A DNA stretch of 36,365 nucleotides. Source: an uncultured Clostridia bacterium. Its GTDB lineage: Bacteria > Aerophobota > Aerophobia > Aerophobales > B3-G15. The number at the start of each line of letters is the position of its first letter. Position 1 is the first letter of the stretch. Position numbers and translations under genes: made by a program. This document shows positions 1 through 7,999 of this stretch, one piece after another. The stretch covers positions 1 to 36,365 of the forward strand of contig CAYZYX010000017.1 in assembly GCA_964482715.1 (NCBI GenBank). The letters run 5' to 3'. The notes below the pieces were generated by a model. That model was not told the origin of the DNA and made no database searches. It worked only from the letters and a program-made list of their open reading frames with translations.

Positions 1-208
1 TTAACTTTTGATAAAAGGTTCCGTCAGGATGGATAATAGCAACAGGACCAAGATCGCAGGTGCCAACACATCCTGTCCCAACTACAAGAATTTCACTTTC
101 AAGTCCCTGCTTTTTTATTTCAGAAATAAAAGCCTCCTTTACCTTATCAGCTCCGGAAGAAAGACATCCTCCTCCTTCACAAATAAGCACATATGTTCTG
201 TAAATCAT
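1..208 (-). CDS. NADH-binding subunit of an electron-bifurcating complex (HydB/HndC/NuoF-like), 5' part only, runs off window edge
   Basis: Not in the ORF track. Manual translation from ATG at 208 gives MIYRTYVLICEGGGCLSSGADKVKEAF...VVGTGCVGTCDLGPVAIIHPDGTFYQKL, the thioredoxin-like 2Fe-2S N-terminal domain typical of HydB. GAGGG RBS upstream; follows HydC/HydD-like genes. Confidence 0.8.
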   Translation of the reverse strand, partial: MIYRTYVLICEGGGCLSSGADKVKEAFISEIKKQGLESEILVVGTGCVGTCDLGPVAIIHPDGTFYQKL

Positions 209-234
209 CTTCTGTCCCTCTTTTTGTTTTTCAT

Positions 235-594
235 CTATCTGGTATATTCACTAACTATTTTTCCTTCAATGATATGTTCCTTAAATACCCTTTTCACCTT
301 CTCTGGAGTCATCCTGTAATATCTTACAGGAGCCTTTCCCTTTTGAATCACAGTAACAATAGGTTCCCTATCGCAAAGACCTATACAACTTGATTGCATT
401 ACTGTGATTTGAGGTGCATTTTCTTTCCCCAGCTCTTCCAGCACAGCAGCCATGACTTCTCTTGCTCCTGCTGCAATACCGCATGTTCCCATGTGCACTA
501 TGATCTTATCTTCTGCCCCCCCTTTTCTTGCCTCAAGAAGCTTTTTATAATCCTCCCTTATTTTCTCAAGTTCCTCAAGAGTAATTTTCCTCAT
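235..594 (-). CDS. Thioredoxin-like [2Fe-2S] ferredoxin subunit (HydD/HndB-like)
   Basis: VHMGTCGIAAGAR and SSCIGLCDREP motifs; lies between NuoE-like and NuoF-like genes. Confidence 0.88.
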   Translation of the reverse strand: MRKITLEELEKIREDYKKLLEARKGGAEDKIIVHMGTCGIAAGAREVMAAVLEELGKENAPQITVMQSSCIGLCDREPIVTVIQKGKAPVRYYRMTPEKVKRVFKEHIIEGKIVSEYTR

Positions 595-615
595 AAAATT
601 TCCTCCCTGTTTTTT

Positions 616-1113
616 CTACTCATACTTTGATAAAATTTGGGAAACTTTGGTTGGACTCACCCTTGCATATATGTCGTCGTTTACTCTCAAAACTGGTGCA
701 AGAGCACAGGCCCCCATGCATCGGTTCACTTCTATGGAAAAAGTCCTGTCCGGGGTAGTCTGGTTAAGCCCTATTCCGAGTTCTTTCTCAAGCTGCTGAA
801 GGATTTTCTTTCCTCCCTTCACATAACAGGCTGTCCCAAGACAAACTCTTACAATATTTTTCCCTTTAGGGAAAAGAGAGAAAAATGAGTAAAAAGTGGC
901 AACACCATATACCTCGCTCAGTTTTTTATCAAGCTCTCTTGCAATGTAGTCCTGGACCTCTATAGGAAGATAACCAAAAGTCTGCTGTGCTTTACTGAGA
1001 AGCGTTATTAGCCCACCTTGCATGTTTTTGCGCTTGGCCACATATTCTTTAAATTTCTCAAACTTTTCTTTTTCCTCACAGCTCAAACGGAAAATTCTCT
1101 TAACTTTTTGCAT
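616..1113 (-). CDS. NuoE-family [2Fe-2S] subunit (HydC/HndA-like)
   Basis: YGVATFYSFF, VCLGTACYVKG and RCMGACALAP motifs. Confidence 0.92.
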   Translation of the reverse strand: MQKVKRIFRLSCEEKEKFEKFKEYVAKRKNMQGGLITLLSKAQQTFGYLPIEVQDYIARELDKKLSEVYGVATFYSFFSLFPKGKNIVRVCLGTACYVKGGKKILQQLEKELGIGLNQTTPDRTFSIEVNRCMGACALAPVLRVNDDIYARVSPTKVSQILSKYE

Positions 1114-1128
1114 CCTCTCCTCCTGGTT

Positions 1129-1725
1129 TTAAGTTAATTCAACTCGAGGCGGATATCCAAATTTTTTAATAAAAATTCTCCTTCTTTCCTCAAAAATCTT
1201 GCAAAGTTTTCTTTTCATCTCATCCATTATCAGAGCAAAGATATTGTTTTCTCCGGTCTGTCTTCCCAGCATTTTCTCTATTTCTTTCCCTGTAAGCCTG
1301 TAAAAAATACTACCAACCTGGTGTCTGTAAATAATCTTAAGATGAGGATTTGCACAGATTATGCAGGCAACAGTTAAACCAATATCCCCAAGAGGAGGAC
1401 GGTCAATATTGCCATATTGAAAAATTATCTTCACATACGTTCCCCTCCCGGGTTTTGATTTTACAATAAAATCTCCATGACACCGGTTTGCCATTATTTT
1501 TAAGAAAGGAAGCCCAAGCCCAACTTTTCTGCATGTTCTTGTCGTGTAAAAAGGATCAGTGAGTCTTGATAGTTGTTCTTTATTCATCCCCTTTCCGTTG
1601 TCTGCAATGGTTATTATTAACCTGTCCTTCTCAATGTCCTCCCTGACGGAAATTACCACCTTTTTTGCTCCTGCATTAATTGAATTTTCCACTATATCAA
1701 GAACATGCAGAGAAAGATCCCGCAT
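1129..1725 (-). CDS. Histidine kinase-like ATPase (HATPase_c) of the type found in [FeFe]-hydrogenase operons
   Basis: MRDLSLHVLDIVENS, DNGKGM, DPFYTTR and GLGLP (N, G1, F and G2 boxes), plus IDRPPLGD. Confidence 0.88.
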   Translation of the reverse strand: MRDLSLHVLDIVENSINAGAKKVVISVREDIEKDRLIITIADNGKGMNKEQLSRLTDPFYTTRTCRKVGLGLPFLKIMANRCHGDFIVKSKPGRGTYVKIIFQYGNIDRPPLGDIGLTVACIICANPHLKIIYRHQVGSIFYRLTGKEIEKMLGRQTGENNIFALIMDEMKRKLCKIFEERRRIFIKKFGYPPRVELT

Positions 1726-1740
1726 TTTCCTTCCTCCACC

Positions 1741-2832
1741 TCAGTTGTGAAAAACAGGCTCCCTATTTCTGGAAAAATCCATCTGATAGAGCCTCCCTGC
1801 CACTTCAAAATAAGACATAGGTGTTGTTAAAACCACTATTTTTTCTTCTTTAGCTTTGTCCAGCATTTCAGGAAGAGGCTTCCTTCCATCAACAAGAAGA
1901 ATGGCAGGTATTCTTTTTAAAGAGGCAAGAGCAATAACTACTGGGTTATTTTGTCTGGTCAGCCATATATCGCCCTCAGAGGCATTAGCAAGAACCTCGC
2001 TCATAATGTCAGAAATGTGACACCCTTTTATCTTCACATCCTCACCCAATTCAGGGGTAAGATTCTTTAAACCTAATTTTTTTATTATGGTCCTTAAATA
2101 CATCTTTTCCCTCCTTAAAGAAAATTGTTCCATCTTCTCCAAAAAGTCCGTACCCTTTTCCTTCTCTTCCTCAATCTCTTGACAAAAAGGTCTTTCAAGA
2201 ATTCTCATAACCCTCGTGGGTTTCTTAGAAAGAAAGTATATCTTGGAGCTCATTCTAATCGCTCTTTCAAAATCAAATGTAACCATCAGAACACCCTGAA
2301 TTCTTTTCTCCATCATGCTAAGAATCACTTCCTCCAGTATCAATGCACTTTCCCTATCCATGGACTTAAAGGGTTCATCAAGTAAAAGAATATCTGGAAA
2401 TATGCAAAGAGCTCTTATCAAATTAACCTTTTGTCTCATTCCGCCACTTAACTGAGAGGGAAAGTAAGAGGTATATCTTTCCATTCCTGCAAGTCTCAAC
2501 AACTCCTCCCTTATCTTTCTTGCCTTCTTTTTATCAAAAGAGTAATTTTTCTGAACAAACCAAATATTCTTCTCCACATTTTTCCAGGGAATAAGCCTCG
2601 ACTCCTGAAAAACATAACCCATTCTCTTATTTTCATCTACCCAAATCTGACCTTCATCTGGGGAGATAATTCCAGCTATCATATTCAAAATCGTAGTCTT
2701 CCCACATCCAGAAGGTCCAATAATGGAAACAATCTCTCCTTTAAAAACCTGCAGAGAGATGTCCTCAAGAACTTTCAGAGAGCCATAACTTTTATAAACC
2801 TTGTTAATCTCTATTAACTTTTCACCAGCCAT
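1741..2832 (-). CDS. NitT/TauT-type ABC ATP-binding protein fused in frame to a DRTGG-domain protein (internal start at 2103)
   Basis: Walker A GPSGCGKT, LSGGM signature, LLLDEPF. The last 120 aa (MYLRTIIKKLGL...ISDIMSEVLANASEGDIWLTRQNN) are DRTGG-like and have their own AAGGAGG RBS. Confidence 0.8.
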   Translation of the reverse strand: MAGEKLIEINKVYKSYGSLKVLEDISLQVFKGEIVSIIGPSGCGKTTILNMIAGIISPDEGQIWVDENKRMGYVFQESRLIPWKNVEKNIWFVQKNYSFDKKKARKIREELLRLAGMERYTSYFPSQLSGGMRQKVNLIRALCIFPDILLLDEPFKSMDRESALILEEVILSMMEKRIQGVLMVTFDFERAIRMSSKIYFLSKKPTRVMRILERPFCQEIEEEKEKGTDFLEKMEQFSLRREKMYLRTIIKKLGLKNLTPELGEDVKIKGCHISDIMSEVLANASEGDIWLTRQNNPVVIALASLKRIPAILLVDGRKPLPEMLDKAKEEKIVVLTTPMSYFEVAGRLYQMDFSRNREPVFHN

Positions 2833-3587
2833 AAACTGGCTCTCCTTTTGAGAGAGTTTATAAGAAGTAAGTCAACCCCCAGCACAACCAGAATAAGAAC
2901 AATAGCCCAGACAAAGACACTTGCCGTGTCAAGCAAGCTGTTGGCGGTGCTTAACATGTAGCCTGCCCCACTTGAACTTGCAAGAAACTCTGCAAAAATG
3001 TCCGCTTTCCAGGCAAAAGCAAATCCAACTCTTGTGGAAGAGATAATATAGGGAGCAAGCCCTGGAAGTATAATATGGAGAAAGGTTCTGTTCTTACTGC
3101 TGTTAAAAACCCTGGCCATTTGGATAAGCCTTCTATCAAATGAATCAAGACCCTCAAGAAAATTCACCAGCATTATGGGAAAAACCACCACAGAGACTAT
3201 GAATACAGGAGTAAGTTCTCTTGCCATGCCAAACCACACCACAGCTAAAATAAGCCAGACAACAGGAGGTGTAACCTGAACAGTTACTACAAGAGGCTGG
3301 AAGATTTTTCTCAAGAGAAGACTTTTCTCCATTAAAAGAGCAAACATCATTCCCCCAGAAAATGCAAGAAGAAACCCCATCAGAGTTCTTTTAAAAGTAA
3401 TAAGAAGACTTATCAACAATTTCCCCTCCCGGGCAATAGTGTAAAATGCACCAGCAACCTCCCCTGGAGAGGGAAGAACAAGTGAACTTAAACCCCTTGA
3501 GAATAAACTCCACAGAATAAACAAGGCTATGAAGCCAAAGGAGCCACACACCTTATAAAGTGTGTTTTTAATAGTAAAATTCCTCAT
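2814..3587 (-). CDS. NitT/TauT-type ABC transporter permease
   Basis: LPSPGEV motif, several TM segments, EAA-like loop LIQMARVFNSS, AEFLASSSGAG. Confidence 0.9.
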   Translation of the reverse strand: MRNFTIKNTLYKVCGSFGFIALFILWSLFSRGLSSLVLPSPGEVAGAFYTIAREGKLLISLLITFKRTLMGFLLAFSGGMMFALLMEKSLLLRKIFQPLVVTVQVTPPVVWLILAVVWFGMARELTPVFIVSVVVFPIMLVNFLEGLDSFDRRLIQMARVFNSSKNRTFLHIILPGLAPYIISSTRVGFAFAWKADIFAEFLASSSGAGYMLSTANSLLDTASVFVWAIVLILVVLGVDLLLINSLKRRASLWLVKS

Positions 3588-4518
3588 CGGGAAGCTTTCC
3601 CCCTATAAGTTCAGGGTACATCTCAAGAATCTCCTCAAGATAGCTTTCTACTATTTCTCTCGCCGTATGAGAAAAGACACAATCAAAACTGGTGCGGGTG
3701 AGGGACTCTTTAAATATAGAAGCCGGAATATTAAGATACTTCTCTGCAAGCTGAGAGGCCTTTTTAGTATTTTCCTTGACCCATTTTGCCTTTTCAAAAT
3801 AAAGACGTGCAAACTTAGCAGTAATATCTGGATGGTTTTCCGTAAACTCTGAAGATACAAAAAGACCAACAAAAGGTATTCTTTTATCACCTCCATGAAA
3901 CTTTGCCCACTCTTCTTGAATATCTATAGATAAAATTGCCTGCGGGGTTTTCTTTAAGGTTACAGTAACAAGTGGTTCTGGAAGAACAATAGCATCAATT
4001 TTCCCTGCCTGAAAATATTTTGCACCTTGTGGAAGAGGAATATACACGATATTTATCCCCTCTATTCCTGTTTTTTCAAGGATGTATCTTACGACAAAAT
4101 CAAGCGGTCCTCCTTTTAAAGGAAGCGACAAGCTCTTTCCCTTAAGATCATCCCATTTTACTGCCCGAAATCCATAAGTGAGAAGATAATCAACCGCCCA
4201 AATATTAACGTTAAGAAGTTTTATCCCTATACCTCTATTAAAAGCGAGAGCTCCCACATTCACACCTGTAACTACTGCTTGAATTTCATTTTTACTTAAA
4301 AGAGAAAGTGCCCTCTGATGATCGGGAGAAATATGCACCTTAAAATCTATATCCTCGCCCAGAAGATTTTCTTCCTGAATCAGAAAAAGAGGTATTGCCG
4401 ATACAACACCAGGAGAACTGACATAAAAAGAAACCTTTGCTGTAGAGGTAAAAGCTGGTAAAGATACAAGAGCAATTACCAATCCAACAATAAGAATCTT
4501 TAATGATTTTAATTTCAT
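3568..4518 (-). CDS. NitT/TauT/SsuA-type ABC substrate-binding protein
   Basis: Signal peptide, WDDLKGK, IDAIVLPEP, C-terminal GGKLPDEEFYY; AAGGAGG RBS. Confidence 0.88.
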   Translation of the reverse strand: MKLKSLKILIVGLVIALVSLPAFTSTAKVSFYVSSPGVVSAIPLFLIQEENLLGEDIDFKVHISPDHQRALSLLSKNEIQAVVTGVNVGALAFNRGIGIKLLNVNIWAVDYLLTYGFRAVKWDDLKGKSLSLPLKGGPLDFVVRYILEKTGIEGINIVYIPLPQGAKYFQAGKIDAIVLPEPLVTVTLKKTPQAILSIDIQEEWAKFHGGDKRIPFVGLFVSSEFTENHPDITAKFARLYFEKAKWVKENTKKASQLAEKYLNIPASIFKESLTRTSFDCVFSHTAREIVESYLEEILEMYPELIGGKLPDEEFYY

Positions 4519-4531
4519 CTCTGCCTCCTTT

Positions 4532-4549
4532 TTGTTATATCATTCACAA
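4532..4549. promoter_or_regulatory. Rex-type operator next to the RBS of the first operon gene
   Basis: TTGTTATATCATTCACAA versus Rex consensus TTGTGAAnnnnTTCACAA. Confidence 0.7.
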
Positions 4550-4596
4550 TATTTAGTAAAATTCGCAAAATATGAGTGTATTCACTGCCGTTAATT

Positions 4597-4614
4597 TTGT
4601 GAATAAATTCACAA
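4597..4614. promoter_or_regulatory. Rex operator, perfect consensus
   Basis: TTGTGAATAAATTCACAA upstream of an operon encoding NADH-linked redox subunits. Confidence 0.85.
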
Positions 4615-4643
4615 TAAGCTTCAAAAATTTTTTTAAATTATAT

Positions 4644-4661
4644 ATGTTAAAATATTCACAA
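4644..4661. promoter_or_regulatory. Rex-type operator
   Basis: ATGTTAAAATATTCACAA. Confidence 0.65.
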
Positions 4662-4729
4662 ATTAATTTATTTTGTTTTTCAATTTTTTTCCTTTCTAAT
4701 AGCCAATTTGTGACCATCATTATATTGAT

Positions 4730-4747
4730 TTGTGAGTTTTTTCACTA
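4730..4747. promoter_or_regulatory. Rex-type operator overlapping the predicted transcription start
   Basis: TTGTGAGTTTTTTCACTA, directly downstream of the -10 box. Confidence 0.65.
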
Positions 4748-4748
4748 T

Positions 4749-4777
4749 ATTATATCTAAAAAATGACCCCCTGTCAA
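4749..4777 (-). promoter_or_regulatory. Sigma70-type promoter of the ABC/Hyd operon
   Basis: TTGACA-N17-TATAAT on the minus strand, exact consensus. Confidence 0.85.
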
Positions 4778-5243
4778 CCTTCAGTCCCCCAGTTTGAAAA
4801 AAATTTCTGTCCCCTTGACATCTAAAGGATACATGTGAGTTTGAGGTAAAAAATTAAAAAAAGAACCAAAAGACATATAGATAGATTGGGCTACTTTCTT
4901 AAAGAGGCAAAGTTTAATAGGGAAAAGCTTTCCCTATTGCAAGTAAAAGACTGTGTTGGGAGTATAAAAGTAAAGGAAGGGATTTGGATGCAATTTTTGA
5001 AAAATTGGGAGCTGCCAGCAGACCTGTAAGTAATGGATTTTTATCCAGAGAATTAGCTAACTGAAAATTAAATATTTCGGTTTTTGATATTTCTTAACCC
5101 ATTTTTAAGGAAAAGTTGGGGCAAGTTTTTAGCTATTTTAGGAATTTTTTCTGAATCTGGAGAGTGCGTTCAGTTAAAAGAAAAAATGGTGAGAAAAGTG
5201 AAGACGTATGAAAAAATAGGACAGGTATTTTAATAAATCGCAC

Positions 5244-5651
5244 TTAAAGAAAATTCCTCACCTCATTGCCCTTTATCTTTTGTAACTGTTTTATTCTCTC
5301 CTCTATTTCGTTCTTTCTTTCTTTTTCAAAATTGTGTTTCATAATAAAAGCAAGTGCCTCAAGATAGTAATCAATTGCCTTACGCGGATTATTTTCTCTT
5401 TCAGCTTTTTCTAAAAGATCATCAAGTTCCATAACTTTATGAAACCTCTCTATTTCACTTTCTAACCTTCTAAGTCTTGTTTTACTCCGGGTTCGCCTCA
5501 CCCGCCTCAGAAAATTCATAATTTGTTCTTTATAAAAATCACATCTTAAATCAAGCTCATCTCGCGGTCTCTTAATTTTCATATCACCTTTCCCCCTAAG
5601 ATAGAGGAAAAAGGCAATTAATACAATAGCTATTATAATTATTTGAATCAT
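5244..5651 (-). CDS. Hypothetical protein with N-terminal membrane anchor and charged helical domain
   Basis: GGAGG RBS; hydrophobic first ~19 aa; E/K/R-rich helices. Confidence 0.75.
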   Translation of the reverse strand: MIQIIIIAIVLIAFFLYLRGKGDMKIKRPRDELDLRCDFYKEQIMNFLRRVRRTRSKTRLRRLESEIERFHKVMELDDLLEKAERENNPRKAIDYYLEALAFIMKHNFEKERKNEIEERIKQLQKIKGNEVRNFL

Positions 5652-5682
5652 CTAAACCTCCATATTTTTTATTATCACTTTG

Positions 5683-6183
5683 CTATTTAGTCCGTTTGAC
5701 TTCCCTAAGGCGATTGGTAAGACTTACAAGGTGTTTCTTTTCCTCTGTTAAAATCTCTCCAAATGCCTTTTTTCCTGAAGGATTAACACTGTGGTTTAGT
5801 ACCTCACTATAAAATAAAATAGAATCTTTCTCTACACGAATCCCTATATTAAGAACTCTCACTTCATCCATTCTCCTCACCTCATCTATGGAAAATTCAC
5901 TCAATCCGGAGAATATGCCAGTGTCTATTAGACTGCGAAGGTAATTTGCAATTTCTTCATCCATCTGTGGTGGACGGCTCCCGGGACCTGTCATAAGTTT
6001 TTCATCAGCTTCTTTAAATATCTGAAAGTGTCTTTTTTCTTCTTCTGATAACCCGGCAAGCAATTTGCGTGTATCAGCACTGGTCACTATCTGAGATAAA
6101 TTTCTATAAAGTTCTATGCCTTGTTTTTCCGCATTCATAGCAATTTTTAGTGCTTCATCATCACTTAGAAACTCCACAACCAT
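5683..6183 (-). CDS. Ferritin/rubrerythrin-family diiron protein
   Basis: Two E...EExxH repeats (AMNAEK...EEEKRH and IRVEKDS...EEKKH). Confidence 0.88.
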   Translation of the reverse strand: MVVEFLSDDEALKIAMNAEKQGIELYRNLSQIVTSADTRKLLAGLSEEEKRHFQIFKEADEKLMTGPGSRPPQMDEEIANYLRSLIDTGIFSGLSEFSIDEVRRMDEVRVLNIGIRVEKDSILFYSEVLNHSVNPSGKKAFGEILTEEKKHLVSLTNRLREVKRTK

Positions 6184-6215
6184 AATTTCTCTCCTTTTTT
6201 ATTCTTACCACATTT

Positions 6216-6256
6216 AGTTTAATTCTCCTTGACTTTTTGTCAAATATATTTAAGCT
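6216..6256. promoter_or_regulatory. Overlapping divergent promoters
   Basis: Plus strand TTGACT(6229)-N16-TAAGCT; minus strand TTGACA(6243)-N16-TAAACT. The two -35 boxes form the palindrome TTGAC-N5-GTCAA. Confidence 0.5.
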
Positions 6257-6303
6257 ATATTGCTAATAAAAATATCGATTCTTTCTTTTTGAGGAGGAGA
6301 AAA

Positions 6304-7341
6304 ATGAATGTCTGGGCGAAATTTTCTGACGGTTTAGAATTCAGTGAAGAGATGTTTAAAACACTTGTAAGGTATGCTCCAGATGGAAATCTGGATGTTT
6401 TCGCTTCTGATCAGCACAGTTCTTATCTTAAACTGACTTCGGCTTATTTAAAACATATTGGAGAAAGCAGATCCGCCAATGATGAAGACGTAAGAGAAGT
6501 TGCCAGAAGGTTCGCTCGAGCCCTTTCAGGTATTCCTTCAGCTGCTCTTTTTAACCATCTTGCTTATCAAAGTCCTGGTTTCAGAGAACTCTTAGGTGAA
6601 AACACCATGCTTATTGGAAGACTTGAAGATACTAACACCATACCCGTTGATGGAGGAAGAGGACAGCTTGCCCATTTAGCTTTGGAACCGGAAAACTGTG
6701 TAGATCAAGTTGATGCTTTCAAAACTCTTGTCAAATTAGATCCTGACCACAAGGAGAGCTGGGAGCGTAACCTCGAGTGGCTGCAGGGAGTTTTTGAAAG
6801 GTGCCAAAGACTCGGCAAAATGCTATTTAATGAAACTCTGATGTTTCAAAGACCCGGTGAATCAAAGGTAGAATTTGCCAAAAGACTTCCCGACGGGCTT
6901 GTTAAAATTGCCGAAGCTTTTAGTCCCTACGGACACTTTTATAAAACTCAGGTTCCTGTTTTATGGGTTGAGGAAAATGGAAAAACGACGAAAATAAGTA
7001 GTGTAAAGACAGTAAGAGATACTGCAGAAGCAATGTTTAAGGCCAGCAACAGACCTATGCTTCTTTTGAGTGCAGCAGTTGACTTTGAGCAGTATGCAGC
7101 TCAGTATGCAATTGTGGCAGATCTTTTTGCAGGCCCCATGTGTGGTAGAGCCTATTTTAAAGAAGCCTTTACTGACCCCGAAACCAGGGATTGGGACAGC
7201 CTGGAAACATCTTTTAAAAGGATTGCTCTTCCTCGAATAATACACATCAAGAATCTGGCCAAGGTAATGAGTCAACCCTGGTGGCACAGATTTACCTGGA
7301 TATCCGATGAAGCTAAAACTCTATTAAAAGATAAATCCTGA
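6304..7341 (+). CDS. Divergent class I aldolase, LacD (tagatose-1,6-bisphosphate)/YihT-like
   Basis: FASDQHSS, FKTLVKLDPD, FYKTQVP (Schiff-base Lys position), LLLSAAV, GPMCGRAYF. Start moved to ATG 6304 behind GAGGAGG. Confidence 0.7.
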   Translation: MNVWAKFSDGLEFSEEMFKTLVRYAPDGNLDVFASDQHSSYLKLTSAYLKHIGESRSANDEDVREVARRFARALSGIPSAALFNHLAYQSPGFRELLGENTMLIGRLEDTNTIPVDGGRGQLAHLALEPENCVDQVDAFKTLVKLDPDHKESWERNLEWLQGVFERCQRLGKMLFNETLMFQRPGESKVEFAKRLPDGLVKIAEAFSPYGHFYKTQVPVLWVEENGKTTKISSVKTVRDTAEAMFKASNRPMLLLSAAVDFEQYAAQYAIVADLFAGPMCGRAYFKEAFTDPETRDWDSLETSFKRIALPRIIHIKNLAKVMSQPWWHRFTWISDEAKTLLKDKS

Positions 7342-7378
7342 GTAAGACTTACTTATTTTGGAAAAAAGGAAATAGCCC

Positions 7379-7792
7379 ATGCAAATGGAAATCGTTTTTC
7401 CTGGAGGAAAAAAGGTTGACGCTATCTATAATGGTTTTCGGGTAAAAACAGATCAACCTCAAAGCTATGGAGGAGAAAATTCTGCCCCCTGGCCCTTCAG
7501 TCTTTTTCTGGCCTCCATTGGAACCTGTGCAGGATTTATGGTTCTTAGTTTCTGTCAACAAAGGAGAATTTTGACGGATAATTTGAAATTGATCTTAAAA
7601 ACTGAGCGAGACAAAAAGGAAAAAAGATTAAGCAAGATAATTATAGAGATTCAACTTCCTTCAAACTTCCCTGAAAAATACAGGGAAGCGGTTATAAGAG
7701 CAGCCGATCTTTGCCCAGTAAAAAAATATATACTTAATCCACCGGCCTTTGAAATATACACGAAAATAATGCCACCAAACTCTCAAAGTTAA
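7379..7792 (+). CDS. OsmC-family protein
   Basis: TDQPQSYGGENSAPWPFSLFLASIGTC and DLCPVKK, the two conserved Cys. Confidence 0.9.
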   Translation: MQMEIVFPGGKKVDAIYNGFRVKTDQPQSYGGENSAPWPFSLFLASIGTCAGFMVLSFCQQRRILTDNLKLILKTERDKKEKRLSKIIIEIQLPSNFPEKYREAVIRAADLCPVKKYILNPPAFEIYTKIMPPNSQS

Positions 7793-7811
7793 AAAAACTG
7801 ATGTTTATAGT

Positions 7812-7989
7812 CTGACATCTGGAACATTTTTTATCTATAGCTTCTCCTGTAGGCCCCTGAGGTGCCTTGCGTAGAAACTTCTTTTCGACGGCAAAGCTAC
7901 GCCAGCGAGAATATTTTCCCCCTCAATTTACCCTGAGATACCCGGGAGCCTGAAGCGAAAGGTACAGGTAAAAACTGTCCTAATTTCAG
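7812..7989. mobile_element. MITE-like non-coding element, about 178 bp, with imperfect terminal inverted repeats
   Basis: Left end CTGACATCTGGAACATTTTT...AGGCCCCTGAGGTGCCTTGC. Right end reverse complement CTGAAATTAGGACAGTTTTT...AGGCTCCCGGGTATC. Both match the repeats at 20871 and 36192. No clear target duplication. Confidence 0.55.
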
Positions 7990-7999
7990 CCCAGTATAT

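Noticed and set aside
8-888. Plus-strand ORFs 8-319, 193-393, 394-630 and 637-888, and similar antisense ORFs across the window such as 31758-32306 and 29918-30415
   Set aside because: They are shadows of well-supported genes on the opposite strand, with no recognisable motifs.
4572-4766. 64-aa ORF
   Set aside because: It lies over the AT-rich operator array, has F/I/N-biased composition and no RBS.
6229-6303. TTG-started N-terminal extension of the aldolase
   Set aside because: The TTG is part of a -35 box; the strong RBS supports ATG 6304.
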